A DNA stretch of 46,132 bases from assembly GCA_964570955.1 (NCBI GenBank), contig CAZNBS010000005.1, forward strand, positions 1 through 46,132, read 5' to 3'. The notes beneath the pieces were generated by a model, which made no database searches, was not told the DNA's origin, and saw nothing but the letters and a program-made list of their open reading frames with translations. The translations under genes and the position numbers were made by a program. Below, piece after piece: positions 17,240-28,842 of this stretch (positions within the stretch are counted from its first letter, which is position 1; each line of letters begins with the position of its first letter). This stretch comes from an uncultured Burkholderiales bacterium. GTDB taxonomy: Bacteria; Pseudomonadota; Gammaproteobacteria; Burkholderiales; SHXO01.

Positions 17240-18157
17240 TCAGCGCCCCGGTCCTCCGACTGGAGACGACGGCGGCACGTGACCCCAGTCGCTGATCTGC
17301 GAATATGTCTTGATCTCCCAGGCGTCGTCGTCGATGACGATGCCGCCCCAGCCAAACTCGAGCCCGAATCCAGAGGGCGTTTGCACGTAGAACGAGAGCA
17401 TCCGGTCGTTCGGGTGGCGTCCGATACCGTGAATGAACGCCACGTCGGCCTTCGCGCAACGGTCGTGGGCCAGTCCGACGTCGTCCATGTTCTCGACCTG
17501 CACCATGATGTGGTGGATGCGCTTCTCGCTCGGCATGTATGCGGTCGCCAGCGAATGATGTCGCCCGGTGGCCGCGTGCAGGAACGTCGCGTCGATGACC
17601 ATACCAGGGGCCATCTCCATGCGGATGTAGTCGCTGAGCCTCAGCCCGAGCGTGTTCTTGTAGAACTGCACAGTGCGCTGCGCCCCCGGATCGCGCGCCA
17701 CTGCCAGCACATGCCCGACACCGAGGCGGCCAGTATTGAAGTTGCCGAGGAGCACTTTCGAGCGGAATGCGCCAGACATCGGAGCACGATGCGCGCCCAC
17801 GTAGAACTCGTGTTTCAGGCCGTTTGGATCTTCGCAGGCGAACACGCGCTCGACCCGACGGCTGTCTGCGAGCTCGCGGCCCCCATCCGTGACGACGACG
17901 CCCGCCGCTCGCAGCCGCTCGACGTACGCGTCCAGCTCGTCGTGGGTGTCGAGTTCCCATCCGGCGGCGAGGAAGTCGTCCTCGCCGGTCTTTGTGATGA
18001 GCATGCGCTGCTCGTGGTCGTCCATGCGCAGCGCGAGTGACTTGCCTGGCTCGCGACGTCCTGCCTGAAGTCCGATGACATCGATCGCGAAGCGTTCCCA
18101 CGCGTCGAGATCGCTCGCCCCAATTACGAAGTACCCGATATTGGACAATTCAGCCAC
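17240..18157 (-). CDS. type I extradiol ring-cleavage dioxygenase (BphC/HsaC-like, VOC superfamily)
   Basis: Two-domain VOC layout. IGYFVIGASDLDAWERF, GHVLAV, HHIMVQV, and GIGRHPNDRMLSFYVQTPSGFGLEFG (the conserved GRHxNDxMxSFY...E block). GTG start with GGGAG RBS. Confidence 0.9.
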   Translation of the reverse strand: MAELSNIGYFVIGASDLDAWERFAIDVIGLQAGRREPGKSLALRMDDHEQRMLITKTGEDDFLAAGWELDTHDELDAYVERLRAAGVVVTDGGRELADSRRVERVFACEDPNGLKHEFYVGAHRAPMSGAFRSKVLLGNFNTGRLGVGHVLAVARDPGAQRTVQFYKNTLGLRLSDYIRMEMAPGMVIDATFLHAATGRHHSLATAYMPSEKRIHHIMVQVENMDDVGLAHDRCAKADVAFIHGIGRHPNDRMLSFYVQTPSGFGLEFGWGGIVIDDDAWEIKTYSQISDWGHVPPSSPVGGPGR

Positions 18158-18232
18158 GATCTACTCCCAGAGTTGATTGGTAGTGCGTTGTATGCATGCC
18201 GGCCGTCGATCGTCGGTCGCACGTGCGCCAGG

Positions 18233-20150
<1,918 letters not shown>

Positions 20151-20165
20151 GTCCTCTCCGACTGA

Positions 20166-21080
20166 TCAGGCCACGACAGGTTCGAGCGTCAACCTTCCGC
20201 CGAGAATCTCCTCGGCGAACATTTCTGCGGTGCGCGCGGCTGCCGCGGTCATGATGTCGAGGTTGCCGGCATACGTGGGCAGGTAATCGCCCAGCCCTTC
20301 GACTTCCAGATAGATCGAGACGCGATCACCGTCGATCACCGGGCCGTTGACGAGCCGGTAGCCGGGAACGTATTCCTGTACGTCGGCGATCATCGCGTGG
20401 ACCGATTCCTCGATCGACGCCGCTCGCGGCTTGCCGTGCACGAGGCAGTGGACGGTGTCGCGCATGATCATCGGTGGTTCCGCGGGATTGACGATGATGA
20501 TCGCCTTGCCCTTTCCGGCGCCGCCGACATGCTCGATCGCGGCCGCGGTCGTGCGGGTGAACTCGTCGATGTTCCTGCGTGTGCCGGGTCCCGCAGAGCG
20601 CGAGGAGACGGTGGCGACGATTTCGGCATAATGAACCGGCTGCACGCGACTGATGGCGTGAACGATCGGGATCGTTGCCTGTCCACCGCAGGTAACCATG
20701 TTCACGTTCATCTCACGATTGCCGAGGTGTCCGGCCAGGTTCACCGGCGGTACGCAGTACGGGCCAACAGCCGCCGGCGTCAGGTCGATCATCAGGACGC
20801 CCGCGGCGTTGAGCTTGCGGCTGTTCTCCGCATGCGCGTAGGCGCTGGTCGCGTCGAACGCGATCTGGATGGCGTCGGCCGCAATGTGCGGAAGCAGCCC
20901 ATCGACGCCGTCCGCGGTGGTCGCGAGTCCGAGTTCTCGCGCCTTCGCCAGACCGTCGGAGTCCGGATCGATACCGACCATCCAGATGGGTTCGAGCAGA
21001 TGGCTGCGTCGCAGTTTTGCAAGCAGATCGGTACCGATGTTCCCGGGGCCGATCAGCGCGCACCTGACCTTCTGCATCAT
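20166..21080 (-). CDS. acetaldehyde dehydrogenase (acetylating) (DmpF/BphJ/HsaG family)
   Basis: [16 protein letters not shown] Rossmann start and [14 protein letters not shown] catalytic-Cys block. Start at one of the tandem ATGs at 21075-21080. Confidence 0.95.
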   Translation of the reverse strand: MMQKVRCALIGPGNIGTDLLAKLRRSHLLEPIWMVGIDPDSDGLAKARELGLATTADGVDGLLPHIAADAIQIAFDATSAYAHAENSRKLNAAGVLMIDLTPAAVGPYCVPPVNLAGHLGNREMNVNMVTCGGQATIPIVHAISRVQPVHYAEIVATVSSRSAGPGTRRNIDEFTRTTAAAIEHVGGAGKGKAIIIVNPAEPPMIMRDTVHCLVHGKPRAASIEESVHAMIADVQEYVPGYRLVNGPVIDGDRVSIYLEVEGLGDYLPTYAGNLDIMTAAAARTAEMFAEEILGGRLTLEPVVA

Positions 21081-21093
21081 CCGATCTCGCCGT

Positions 21094-21894
21094 TCAGCCA
21101 AAACACACCGAGCAGCGGCCCAGGCCGCCGATCTCCATCTGCAGAAAGTCGCCCTTCTGCACGTTCACCATTCCCGACAGGGCACCGGACAGGATGACCT
21201 CGCCGGACTCGAGCGGAACACCAAAACGGCCGAGCGTATTGGCGAGCCAGGCGACCGCATTGACGGGGCTGCCCATGCTTGCCGCACCCGCGCCAAGCCC
21301 GATGATCTGCCCGTTGCGTTCCATCACCATTCCGCAACTGTAGAAGTCGAATTCGTGCGGCGCGACCATGCGGTCGCCGAGTACGAACACGCCGCAACTG
21401 GCGTTGTCGGCGACGGTGTCCTGGATCCGGATCTTCCAGTCGCGAATGCGCGAATCGACAATCTCGAAGCAGGGGAGCACGCCTTCGGTGGCAGCAAGCA
21501 CCTCGGCGGCCGTCACGCCCGGACCGCGCAGCGTCCGCTTAAGTACGAAGGCGATCTCGGCCTCCGCCTTCGGCTGGATGAGGCGGTCGATCGCGACGAC
21601 GCTCCCGCGCCCGTAGGCCATGTCGTCGAGCAGGACACCGAAGTCTGGCTGCTCGACGCCGAGCATCATCATCACGGCGTGACTGGTCACGCCGATCTTC
21701 TTGCCGATCACCCGGCTGCCGTGGTCGCACCGCAACTCGATCAGTCGGCGCTGTACACGATAGGCATCCTCGATCGTGAGATCCTGGTTCCGCTCCGTCA
21801 ACGGTTCGAGGGTCCGACGCTGCATGAGCGCGTCGAACAACTCCCGGCTGTGCGCGAGGATAGCGTCGTCGATCATCATCGATTGGCGGGCCAT
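21094..21894 (-). CDS. 2-oxopent-4-enoate (2-hydroxypenta-2,4-dienoate) hydratase (MhpD/BphH/HsaE family)
   Basis: [17 protein letters not shown]...GKKIGVTS...[10 protein letters not shown]...VADNAS, the typical FAH-fold hydratase pattern. Start is ATG 21892-21894, 6 nt after the upstream stop. Confidence 0.9.
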   Translation of the reverse strand: MARQSMMIDDAILAHSRELFDALMQRRTLEPLTERNQDLTIEDAYRVQRRLIELRCDHGSRVIGKKIGVTSHAVMMMLGVEQPDFGVLLDDMAYGRGSVVAIDRLIQPKAEAEIAFVLKRTLRGPGVTAAEVLAATEGVLPCFEIVDSRIRDWKIRIQDTVADNASCGVFVLGDRMVAPHEFDFYSCGMVMERNGQIIGLGAGAASMGSPVNAVAWLANTLGRFGVPLESGEVILSGALSGMVNVQKGDFLQMEIGGLGRCSVCFG

Positions 21895-21899
21895 TCGAA

Positions 21900-23123
21900 T
21901 CAGTCCGGGTAGCGCGGCAGCTCGTACATGCCGGGAGGCAGTCCCTGCCCAAGGTGGAATCCGCCGAGCATGCCGGCGAAGTCGTCCGCGTTCTGCGTGG
22001 TGTGATTGGCCGCGACGAGCATGTCGCGCAGAACGCGTTGCATCGGATTGTTGCGATAGATGCCGCGCGCAGAGTTCGCTTTGTGCAGCAGCAGCACCGC
22101 CTGCTCGCACTCGCGGCCGACGCGTGCGATGTCAAGGATGTGCTCGATGCGCAATGCCTCCGGCACCTTCTCGCGGCGCTCGACGATGGGCCGGGTCTCC
22201 GCCATGATCTGCAGCAACCGGGCGCGTGACGACCTGACCAGCGCGATCGCGTTGCCCAGGCGGTCCTTGACATACGGGCTGAGCGCGACCGACCCGGGAA
22301 CCATGATTCCCTGCCGCTTCCGGGTATGCTCGATGAAGTGGTCGATCATCGCCTGCGCGAAGCCGACGATTGCCGACGACACCGATGCGAAGAACACCTG
22401 GTTGAACGGATACCAGTACTCGACCGCCATGTCCGGCCGAGGCTCGTACTCGACGATGCTGTGGGAGCGATAGTCCGGGACAAAGGTGTCGGGCTTGAGC
22501 TTCACGCTCTTGCTGCCCGTGCCGCACAGTCCCATCGTGAACCAGTCGTCGATCTGCTCGTAGTCGTTGCGCGAAACGAGGAATGAACGATGGTCGACGA
22601 AGCGGGTTTTCTCGTCGAAGACGCGCGCGCCGATGTACGCCCCGCCTCTTGCGTGGTCGGTGCCGCTGGAGGTGCCCCATGTGCCATTGAGGACCCAGCC
22701 GCCGTCGACCTTCCTGCAGGTGCCGAATGGCGCATACGACGACGCAACCAGTGTCTCGCTGTCGCGCGACCAGATGTCGGCGCAGGCGCGCTCCGGCATT
22801 TGCCCGAACTCCCACTGGTGTACGCCGAGGATCATCAGGTTCCAGCCGCTCGAACAGCATCCGCGGCCGACCTCCATCAGTACGCGCATGAAGGTGACCG
22901 GATCCATCTGGTAGCCGCCCCATTTGCGCGGCTGCATGATCCGGAAGAATCCGGCTTGCCTGAAGGCGTCGATGACCTCGTCGTCCACGCGCCGGGCCTG
23001 CTCGATCGCATCGGCGCGTTCGCGAAGCATCGGCACCAGAGCGCGCGCGCGCGCGACGAGCTCGTCGGCGGAGGGAATCTCCGCGTCTGCGGCAGCGGCC
23101 GCCCGGGTATCAATACTCTCCAT
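21900..23123 (-). CDS. acyl-CoA-dehydrogenase-fold flavin-dependent monooxygenase, oxygenase component (HsaA/TesA1/C2-HpaH group)
   Basis: 407 aa. LVPMLRERADAIEQARRVDDEVIDAFRQAGFFRIMQPRKWGGYQ opening, middle beta-domain (GGWVLNGTWGTSSG), C-terminal helical domain. GGAGGAGG RBS. Paired with a flavin reductase directly upstream. Confidence 0.85.
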   Translation of the reverse strand: MESIDTRAAAAADAEIPSADELVARARALVPMLRERADAIEQARRVDDEVIDAFRQAGFFRIMQPRKWGGYQMDPVTFMRVLMEVGRGCCSSGWNLMILGVHQWEFGQMPERACADIWSRDSETLVASSYAPFGTCRKVDGGWVLNGTWGTSSGTDHARGGAYIGARVFDEKTRFVDHRSFLVSRNDYEQIDDWFTMGLCGTGSKSVKLKPDTFVPDYRSHSIVEYEPRPDMAVEYWYPFNQVFFASVSSAIVGFAQAMIDHFIEHTRKRQGIMVPGSVALSPYVKDRLGNAIALVRSSRARLLQIMAETRPIVERREKVPEALRIEHILDIARVGRECEQAVLLLHKANSARGIYRNNPMQRVLRDMLVAANHTTQNADDFAGMLGGFHLGQGLPPGMYELPRYPD

Positions 23124-23216
23124 CTGATCCTCCTCCCACTGTCTGCAACTTCATGTTCGAAACGGGACAACCTGTCGCGCAGGTCGCGCTCGCGTACGAG
23201 GCGCCAATCTGGTACC

Positions 23217-23798
23217 TCACCAGATCCACTCGATCGGTTGCTCGGTGCTGCACCTCAACGGGGCAAGCTGACGGAAGCAGCCGTCGAGATAGATGAGCCC
23301 TTCGCGGGCGCCACCACCGGAGTCATCGTCGGAACGATGAACTGCGATGACGTCGCCGAGGAACATCGAATGCGTGCTGGCAGGAATCGTCTCCGTTACG
23401 TCACACACCAGTGTCACGCACGCGCCCTCGAGAGCAGGCGCGCCCGCGAGCGTTGACCAGCGACCCTCTGCGAAGCGCGTTTCGCCCATCACGCCCGGCT
23501 CCATGCCGGCAAAACGTCTCGCGAGTCCGATCGCTTCGCCGGGCAACACATTGACGCTTAGCCGACGGCTGGCAACGATCGCGTCGTGCGTGCCGGTCTT
23601 CCGGTTCAGGCAGACGAGCAAGCGTGGTGGATCGGCCGTGATCGAGCAGACGGCGGTCGCCGTCAGGCCAGAACGCCTGCCGGGCGTCCCGGTGGCCACG
23701 ATGCAGACCGCGCCTGCAAGCGACCTCATCGCAGCGCGAAAGGTGCTCACATCGACCGGCGCTGCCTTCGCTGCGGCGATTGCCGTCATCGTTTCCAT
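23217..23798 (-). CDS. NAD(P)H-flavin reductase component (HsaB/HpaC-like, flavin_reduct domain)
   Basis: FRAAMRSLAGAVCIVAT...GLTATAVCSITADPPRLLVCLN...HSMFLGDV, the canonical flavin reductase motifs. Start is ATG 23796-23798 downstream of the sigma54 promoter. The longer track ORF would start upstream of that promoter. Confidence 0.85.
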   Translation of the reverse strand: METMTAIAAAKAAPVDVSTFRAAMRSLAGAVCIVATGTPGRRSGLTATAVCSITADPPRLLVCLNRKTGTHDAIVASRRLSVNVLPGEAIGLARRFAGMEPGVMGETRFAEGRWSTLAGAPALEGACVTLVCDVTETIPASTHSMFLGDVIAVHRSDDDSGGGAREGLIYLDGCFRQLAPLRCSTEQPIEWIW

Positions 23799-23829
23799 GC
23801 GTACTTTGCTCTCCACCCAAATGGCTGAC

Positions 23830-23845
23830 GCAAAACTCATGCCAG
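23830..23845 (-). promoter_or_regulatory. sigma54 (-24/-12) promoter of the monooxygenase/meta-cleavage operon
   Basis: The minus strand reads TGGCATGAGTTTTGCG, i.e. TGGCAT-N5-TTGC with exact GG-N10-GC spacing. It sits ~30 nt upstream of the flavin reductase ATG, opposite a divergent sigma54 activator gene. Confidence 0.7.
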
Positions 23846-24049
23846 AGAAGTCTCGCCACTCCGCAGCCTGCCGTAGGCACATCACATGGTGCGACGCAAC
23901 CTAGAGCTAGAGTGAAGGGAAATCGAGCGGGATTGCTGCGATTGCATATGGCATGTGGTGGGTGATGGAGAACAGGCAAGACCGTTCTGCAGCCCTTGCG
24001 GTTGAAGAAAAATATTCTTACCGTTCAGAAAAATCCTTATGGTGAGGCG

Positions 24050-25894
24050 ATGAGCAATACCGCTATCGAGATCACTCAGTCCGCCGGAGCCAGGCGGCCA
24101 ACTCATGCCGAGCGGGGGGCGTCACTTGCGTTCAGCGATCTGGACCCCCGGGCCCTGACCGAACGGTTCCACTTCGACCTCAAGGCAGGGTGCATCTGGC
24201 TGGATACCCAGCGAGTGCTGATCCTGCAGGCCGAGTGGTTCGTCGAGCTTCGGCGCGAGCTGGTTGTGACGCTGGGGGTCCGGAAGGCGCGTGGATTGAT
24301 CACCCGGCTGGGTTACGCCGCGGGCTGCCGTGATGGGCAACTCGCGATCAAACTGCATGGGAGCCGTCCGCTTCGTGAGATCGTCGACTCCGGGACCCTG
24401 CTGCATGCGTTGCAGGGAACGGTCGCCGTGGTGCCGCTCGTCTACGAACTCGACCTGGACGCGCACCACTGTCACATGGAGTTCGCCTGGAAGAACTCGA
24501 TCGAGGATCACGCCCAGCTGAGGACCGCGAAACAGACAGGCGAACCGACCTGCTGGATGGAGATCGGCTATGCGTCAGGTTTCCTGACCACGTGCCTCGG
24601 ATCGTCCGTCGTCGTGCGTGAGACCGAATGCGCGGCGCTGGGCCACTCAGGTTGTCGATGCGTTGCCAGATTCGAGGACGAATGGGACGATCCGTCCGGG
24701 GACGTCGAGTATCTTCAGGCGTGGTCGGCGGCGGCGCCACCGGACGTCGTCGTTGCAGGGCAGCCCGAGACCAACGTCTGCGATGAGGGATCCGGCTGCG
24801 CTGAAGCAGCCGGGAACGGGCCGACATCCGTGGAGCCGAGCGTGCTGGGTCGCTCGGCTGCGTTCAACGGCGTTGCGCAGAAGATCGAGCGGGTGGCGGG
24901 AACGGAGGCCACCGTCCTGTTACTCGGCGAGAGCGGGGTTGGCAAGAGTCTGTTCGCGCGTGAGATCCATCGGCGTGGCAAGCGGGCCGACGGTCCCTTC
25001 ATCGAACTGAATTGCGCATCGCTCCCCGAGACGCTGCTCGAGTCCGAGTTGTTCGGTGTTGAGCGCGGCGCCTACACCGGAGCGAATGCGAGCCGCGCTG
25101 GGCGCTTCGAACGCGCGGCTGGCGGAACGCTGTTTCTCGACGAGATCGGCACGCTCGGATTCACCGCGCAGGGGAAGCTGCTGCGGGTGTTGCAATCGGG
25201 CGAATTCGAACGCCTGGGTGGCGGCAAGACACTGCGCGGCAACGTGCGACTGGTGGCCGCGACCAACGAAGACCTGCGCAGATCGGTCAACGAAGGGCGC
25301 TTCCGTCTGGACCTCTTCTATCGTCTGAATCTCTTTCCGATCGAAGTGCCTCCGCTGCGCGATCGACGCGACGACCTGCCCTTGCTCATCGATCACTTCC
25401 TCGAGCGCTACCGGGAGCGATATGGCAGGCGCCATCGGATGTCCATCAGCCCGCGTGCTTATCGCACGCTGCTCTCGCATTCGTGGCCCGGCAACGTGCG
25501 GGAACTCGAAAATGTGCTCGAGCGCGCGGTGATCCTGGTAAACGATGGCGAAACCCTCGATCTGCATCACCTGTTCACAGACCCGACCGAGTTTCCCGCC
25601 GAGGAGGGACTGCTGATCGACGACACAGGGCGCCTTGTGGGGACGCGCCAGAGCTCTCGCGCTGATGCGGATAACGCGGAGGACACGGTTGCCGGTGCCG
25701 CATCCGTTCAGGACTGGGCGCGACGTGCGCTGGACGACTGCGACGCCCTGGGTCTGTCGGGGTTGGAGCGCAAGCTCGTGATGGCCGCGTTGCGCGAGGC
25801 TGGAGGAGACGTCCGGATGGCCGCACGCAAACTCGGCCTGACCCGCGCCCAGATCGACTACCGATTGAAGAAGTGGGGCGAGACGCCCGCCTGA
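24050..25894 (+). CDS. sigma54-dependent transcriptional activator, XylR/DmpR/HbpR subclass (XylR_N + V4R sensor, AAA+, HTH_8)
   Basis: Aromatic-effector-type A domain ([15 protein letters not shown]..., V4R with [11 protein letters not shown]). Walker [22 protein letters not shown] sigma54-contact loop, FLDEIG, C-terminal Fis-type [23 protein letters not shown]. Confidence 0.9.
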   Translation: MSNTAIEITQSAGARRPTHAERGASLAFSDLDPRALTERFHFDLKAGCIWLDTQRVLILQAEWFVELRRELVVTLGVRKARGLITRLGYAAGCRDGQLAIKLHGSRPLREIVDSGTLLHALQGTVAVVPLVYELDLDAHHCHMEFAWKNSIEDHAQLRTAKQTGEPTCWMEIGYASGFLTTCLGSSVVVRETECAALGHSGCRCVARFEDEWDDPSGDVEYLQAWSAAAPPDVVVAGQPETNVCDEGSGCAEAAGNGPTSVEPSVLGRSAAFNGVAQKIERVAGTEATVLLLGESGVGKSLFAREIHRRGKRADGPFIELNCASLPETLLESELFGVERGAYTGANASRAGRFERAAGGTLFLDEIGTLGFTAQGKLLRVLQSGEFERLGGGKTLRGNVRLVAATNEDLRRSVNEGRFRLDLFYRLNLFPIEVPPLRDRRDDLPLLIDHFLERYRERYGRRHRMSISPRAYRTLLSHSWPGNVRELENVLERAVILVNDGETLDLHHLFTDPTEFPAEEGLLIDDTGRLVGTRQSSRADADNAEDTVAGAASVQDWARRALDDCDALGLSGLERKLVMAALREAGGDVRMAARKLGLTRAQIDYRLKKWGETPA

Positions 25895-26088
25895 TGCCGC
25901 ATCGACGTCCGTGAGCCGGCTCCTGACCGGTTCATGAGCCAGGTCGATTCCGGATAGATCCCCAGGTTGGTTTTCTGGATCCGACGGGAGCGGGGGGCGC
26001 CCGCGGAAGTTGTCCGCGAACACCTCGCGGCTAGGGTTTTCACCAATACGCAGCCTCCTGGTTGACTGATAAGGTTCCTTATATAACA

Positions 26089-26109
26089 CTATGCTGATAA
26101 TCAGCATAG
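26089..26109. promoter_or_regulatory. candidate MarR operator: perfect 21-bp palindrome
   Basis: CTATGCTGAT-A-ATCAGCATAG (10-1-10, no mismatch), 25 nt upstream of the MarR GTG start. It lies in an AT-rich patch with TTGACT at 26062-26067 and a GATAAT-like hexamer at its centre. Confidence 0.5.
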
Positions 26110-26133
26110 GATGTAAGGGACTCGATAGCCGCC

Positions 26134-26613
26134 GTGTTCAACCCGCTGTCCAAGCCCGGATTGTTGGTACGGAGACTGCATCAGATATCGGTGCGGCTGT
26201 TCGAGTCGTTCACCGTTGACCTCGCGATGTCTCCGGTCCAGTACGGCGTGCTGCAGGCTGTCGTAGACAACCCGGGCATCGACCAGGCCTCGCTGACGCA
26301 GATCGCCGATGTCGATCGCACCTCGGGGGTTCGTCTGGTCGATCGTCTGGAAGATCTCGGCCTGGTCAGGCGCGAAGTGTGCTCCGAGGATCGGAGGGTT
26401 CGCCGTCTGTATGCAACGCCGTTGGCCGAGCCGCTGATCCGGAAGGCCGACGCGGGTGCCGAGGCTTCGCAGCGCGCACTCCTTTCTCCTCTGAATACGG
26501 CTGAGCGCGAGGAGTTCATGCGCATGCTGCGGGTACTGGTTTCGGTTCACGCCGCGGAGGGCTATGCCCTGCACGAAGGCGCGAACCAGGCAGTCAACGA
26601 GCCACGCCCATGA
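26134..26613 (+). CDS. MarR family transcriptional regulator
   Basis: Winged-helix core SPVQYGVLQAVVDNPGIDQASLTQIADVDRTSGVRLVDRLEDLGLVRREVCSEDRRVRRLYATP. GTG start. The stop overlaps the next ATG (ATGA). Confidence 0.85.
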   Translation: MFNPLSKPGLLVRRLHQISVRLFESFTVDLAMSPVQYGVLQAVVDNPGIDQASLTQIADVDRTSGVRLVDRLEDLGLVRREVCSEDRRVRRLYATPLAEPLIRKADAGAEASQRALLSPLNTAEREEFMRMLRVLVSVHAAEGYALHEGANQAVNEPRP

Positions 26614-27602
26614 ATGCGCTTCGCCTTACGGTTGCCTGCTGGGACTACGACCGTGTTCGCCCCCTGATGGATGGGCGCGTGAGAGTGGACGGTGCACGCC
26701 TTAACGTCCTGCCACTGACTCCCGAGGAGACCTTCTTTCGCGCGTTCCGCAACGCCGAATTCGAGGTGAGCGAGCTTTCGCTCTCCTCAACGCTGATGAT
26801 GATCTCGCGCGGTGAATGCGCCTACACACCGATCCCGGTCTTCCCCTCGCGCTCCTTCCGTCATTCCTGCATCTACGTGCGTCAGGGCAGTGGTATCGAG
26901 CGGCCCGATCAGCTCAGAGGTTGTCGTGTGGCGATTCCCGAGTACCAGGTGACAGCGGCCATGGTGGCGCGAGGCCTGCTGGCCGATGAGTATGCCGTTC
27001 AGCCGAGTGATCTGAAATGGGTGCAGGCAGGGCTGGAGCAGGTGGGTCGGGAGGACAAGATCCGCTTTGAGCCGCCCGCAGGCGTTTGCATCGAAAAGGT
27101 ACGCGACCGGACCATTGTCGAGTTGTTCGAGCAGGGCGAGGTCGACGCGATGATCAGTCCCCGCGCACCGCGCAGCTTCGATCCTGCCGGCGGCGGCGCG
27201 ATCCGGCGGCTTTTCCCCGAGCCAGGGTTGGTCGAAGCCGCCTACTACCGAAAGACGGGGATCTTTCCGATCATGCATGTGCTGGGCATCCGCAACGACA
27301 TCCTGACTGCGAATCCATGGCTGCCGGGAAGTCTGGTCAAGGCCTTTACGCTGGCAAAGAACATGGCGCTGGCCGAACTTGCAGATGCCACTGCGCTCAA
27401 GGTGGCCTTGCCCTTCCTGCCCGCGCACGTGACCGAGGCCCATCGACTGTTCGGGCCCGACTTCTGGGCCTATGGCCTGGAGGCCAACCGCAAGTCCCTG
27501 GAAGCCGCCGTGCGCTGGTCACATGAGCAGGGGTTGTCAGTGAGGCGCCTGGGCATCGAAGAACTGTTTGCCCCGCAGTCACTGGCGAGCTGCAAGGTCT
27601 AA
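26610..27602 (+). CDS. 4,5-dihydroxyphthalate decarboxylase-like protein (NMT1/periplasmic-binding-fold decarboxylase family)
   Basis: The N-terminus LTVACWDYDRVRPLMDGRVRVDGARLNVLPLTPEETFFRAFRNAEFEVSELSLSS follows the pattern I recall for Pht5/PhtD-type decarboxylases (CxDYDRTRALxDGRVxIEG...EEIFxRAFRxxEFDVSELSxSS). Substrate not assignable. Confidence 0.6.
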   Translation: MNALRLTVACWDYDRVRPLMDGRVRVDGARLNVLPLTPEETFFRAFRNAEFEVSELSLSSTLMMISRGECAYTPIPVFPSRSFRHSCIYVRQGSGIERPDQLRGCRVAIPEYQVTAAMVARGLLADEYAVQPSDLKWVQAGLEQVGREDKIRFEPPAGVCIEKVRDRTIVELFEQGEVDAMISPRAPRSFDPAGGGAIRRLFPEPGLVEAAYYRKTGIFPIMHVLGIRNDILTANPWLPGSLVKAFTLAKNMALAELADATALKVALPFLPAHVTEAHRLFGPDFWAYGLEANRKSLEAAVRWSHEQGLSVRRLGIEELFAPQSLASCKV

Positions 27603-27608
27603 CAGGCG

Positions 27609-28829
27609 ATGGCCGATCAGCGCACCGTGATCGTTGGTGCAGGGCAGGCGGGAGGGACAGTGGCCGCCACCTTGAGGCACCTTGGCTACACGGGTTCGAT
27701 CACCGTGGTCGGCGACGAGCGCTGGCTGCCTTACGAGCGACCGCCACTCTCGAAGGCGCTTCTTCGAGGTTCGCTCGAGATCGACAGGATCTTTCTGCGG
27801 CCTGCAGCCTTCTATGCCGAACAGGGGATCAGGCTTCTCACGGGGCGGCACGTCTGCGCCATCGACCGTACGCGGTGCCTGTTGGAACTGGATGAAGGCG
27901 ACGCTGTGGGATACGACCAACTGGTGATCGCCACCGGTGCGCGCGCCCGTCGCCTGAGCGTTCCGGGTGCCGAATGCCTGGAAATCCACGTGCTGCGCAG
28001 CATCGATGATGCGCTTGTGCTGCGCGAGGCGCTGCTGTCATCGGCCCGGGTGCTGATCGTCGGCGGTGGCTTCATTGGAATGGAGATCGCGGCCGTTGTG
28101 CGCTCGCTTGGCCTGTCGGTCACGGTGATCGAAGCGGCGCCGACTCTGATGGCGCGCACCTTGCCCCCGGAAGTTGCCGCGTTTCTGGCCGGTGTGCACG
28201 TCGACCGAGGCGTGGCGATTCACACCGGTGTTGCGGTACGGGGTTTCTCACCGCGTCCGGGTGGCGGTGTCGTCGCGCAGACGAGCATGGGTCCCGTCGA
28301 GGCCGATGTGGTGGTCGCCGGTATCGGCGCGATCCCGAACACCGAATTTGCCGAAGCCGCGGGTCTGGCCGTCGAGGATGGTCTGCTGGTCGACGAGTTC
28401 GGGCGCACCGACGATCGACGCATATGGGCAGCCGGCGACGTGACGCGCCACTTCAATCCGTTGCTCGGCCGCCGTGTGCGTCTGGAGTCGTGGAAAAACG
28501 CGCAGAACCAGGCCATTGCGGTGGCGAAGGCCATCGCAGGGCAACCGGCGCCTTATGCCGAACTCCCATGGCTCTGGAGTGACCAGTACGACCTCAACCT
28601 GCAACTGTCCGGCGTGCCCCGGGGCGACGAGCACTTCGTCTGGCGTGGTACACCGGATGACGGGCGTTTCACGGTAATCGGTCTGAGCGGCGAGACGCCG
28701 TCTCTTGCGATTACCGTGAACCAGGGTCGCGAAATGCGATTCGCCCAGCAGTTGATCGCACGTGGTACCCCTGTCGATCCGTTACAGCTCGCGGATGTCC
28801 GCATCCCGCTGCAACGCATGGCCGCCTGA
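27609..28829 (+). CDS. FAD/NAD(P)-dependent ferredoxin reductase (BphA4/CamA-type)
   Basis: Two dinucleotide folds (VIVGAGQAGG and VLIVGGGFIGMEIAA), GDV motif (WAAGDVT), C-terminal reductase_C domain. 406 aa. Confidence 0.85.
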   Translation: MADQRTVIVGAGQAGGTVAATLRHLGYTGSITVVGDERWLPYERPPLSKALLRGSLEIDRIFLRPAAFYAEQGIRLLTGRHVCAIDRTRCLLELDEGDAVGYDQLVIATGARARRLSVPGAECLEIHVLRSIDDALVLREALLSSARVLIVGGGFIGMEIAAVVRSLGLSVTVIEAAPTLMARTLPPEVAAFLAGVHVDRGVAIHTGVAVRGFSPRPGGGVVAQTSMGPVEADVVVAGIGAIPNTEFAEAAGLAVEDGLLVDEFGRTDDRRIWAAGDVTRHFNPLLGRRVRLESWKNAQNQAIAVAKAIAGQPAPYAELPWLWSDQYDLNLQLSGVPRGDEHFVWRGTPDDGRFTVIGLSGETPSLAITVNQGREMRFAQQLIARGTPVDPLQLADVRIPLQRMAA

Positions 28830-28842
28830 CTGGGCCCCAATC

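Noticed and set aside
16452-18101. 549-aa minus-strand ORF overlapping the extradiol dioxygenase and the unassigned gap. A segment (RTTLARHYQQ...GDTPAQ...) vaguely recalls an AraC-type HTH tail.
   Set aside because: It is out of frame with the clearly real dioxygenase over most of its length. The AraC-like stretch does not fit the family spacing (about 4 extra residues between the F/Y and the G-x-T-P). It is kept only as part of the unassigned-region finding.
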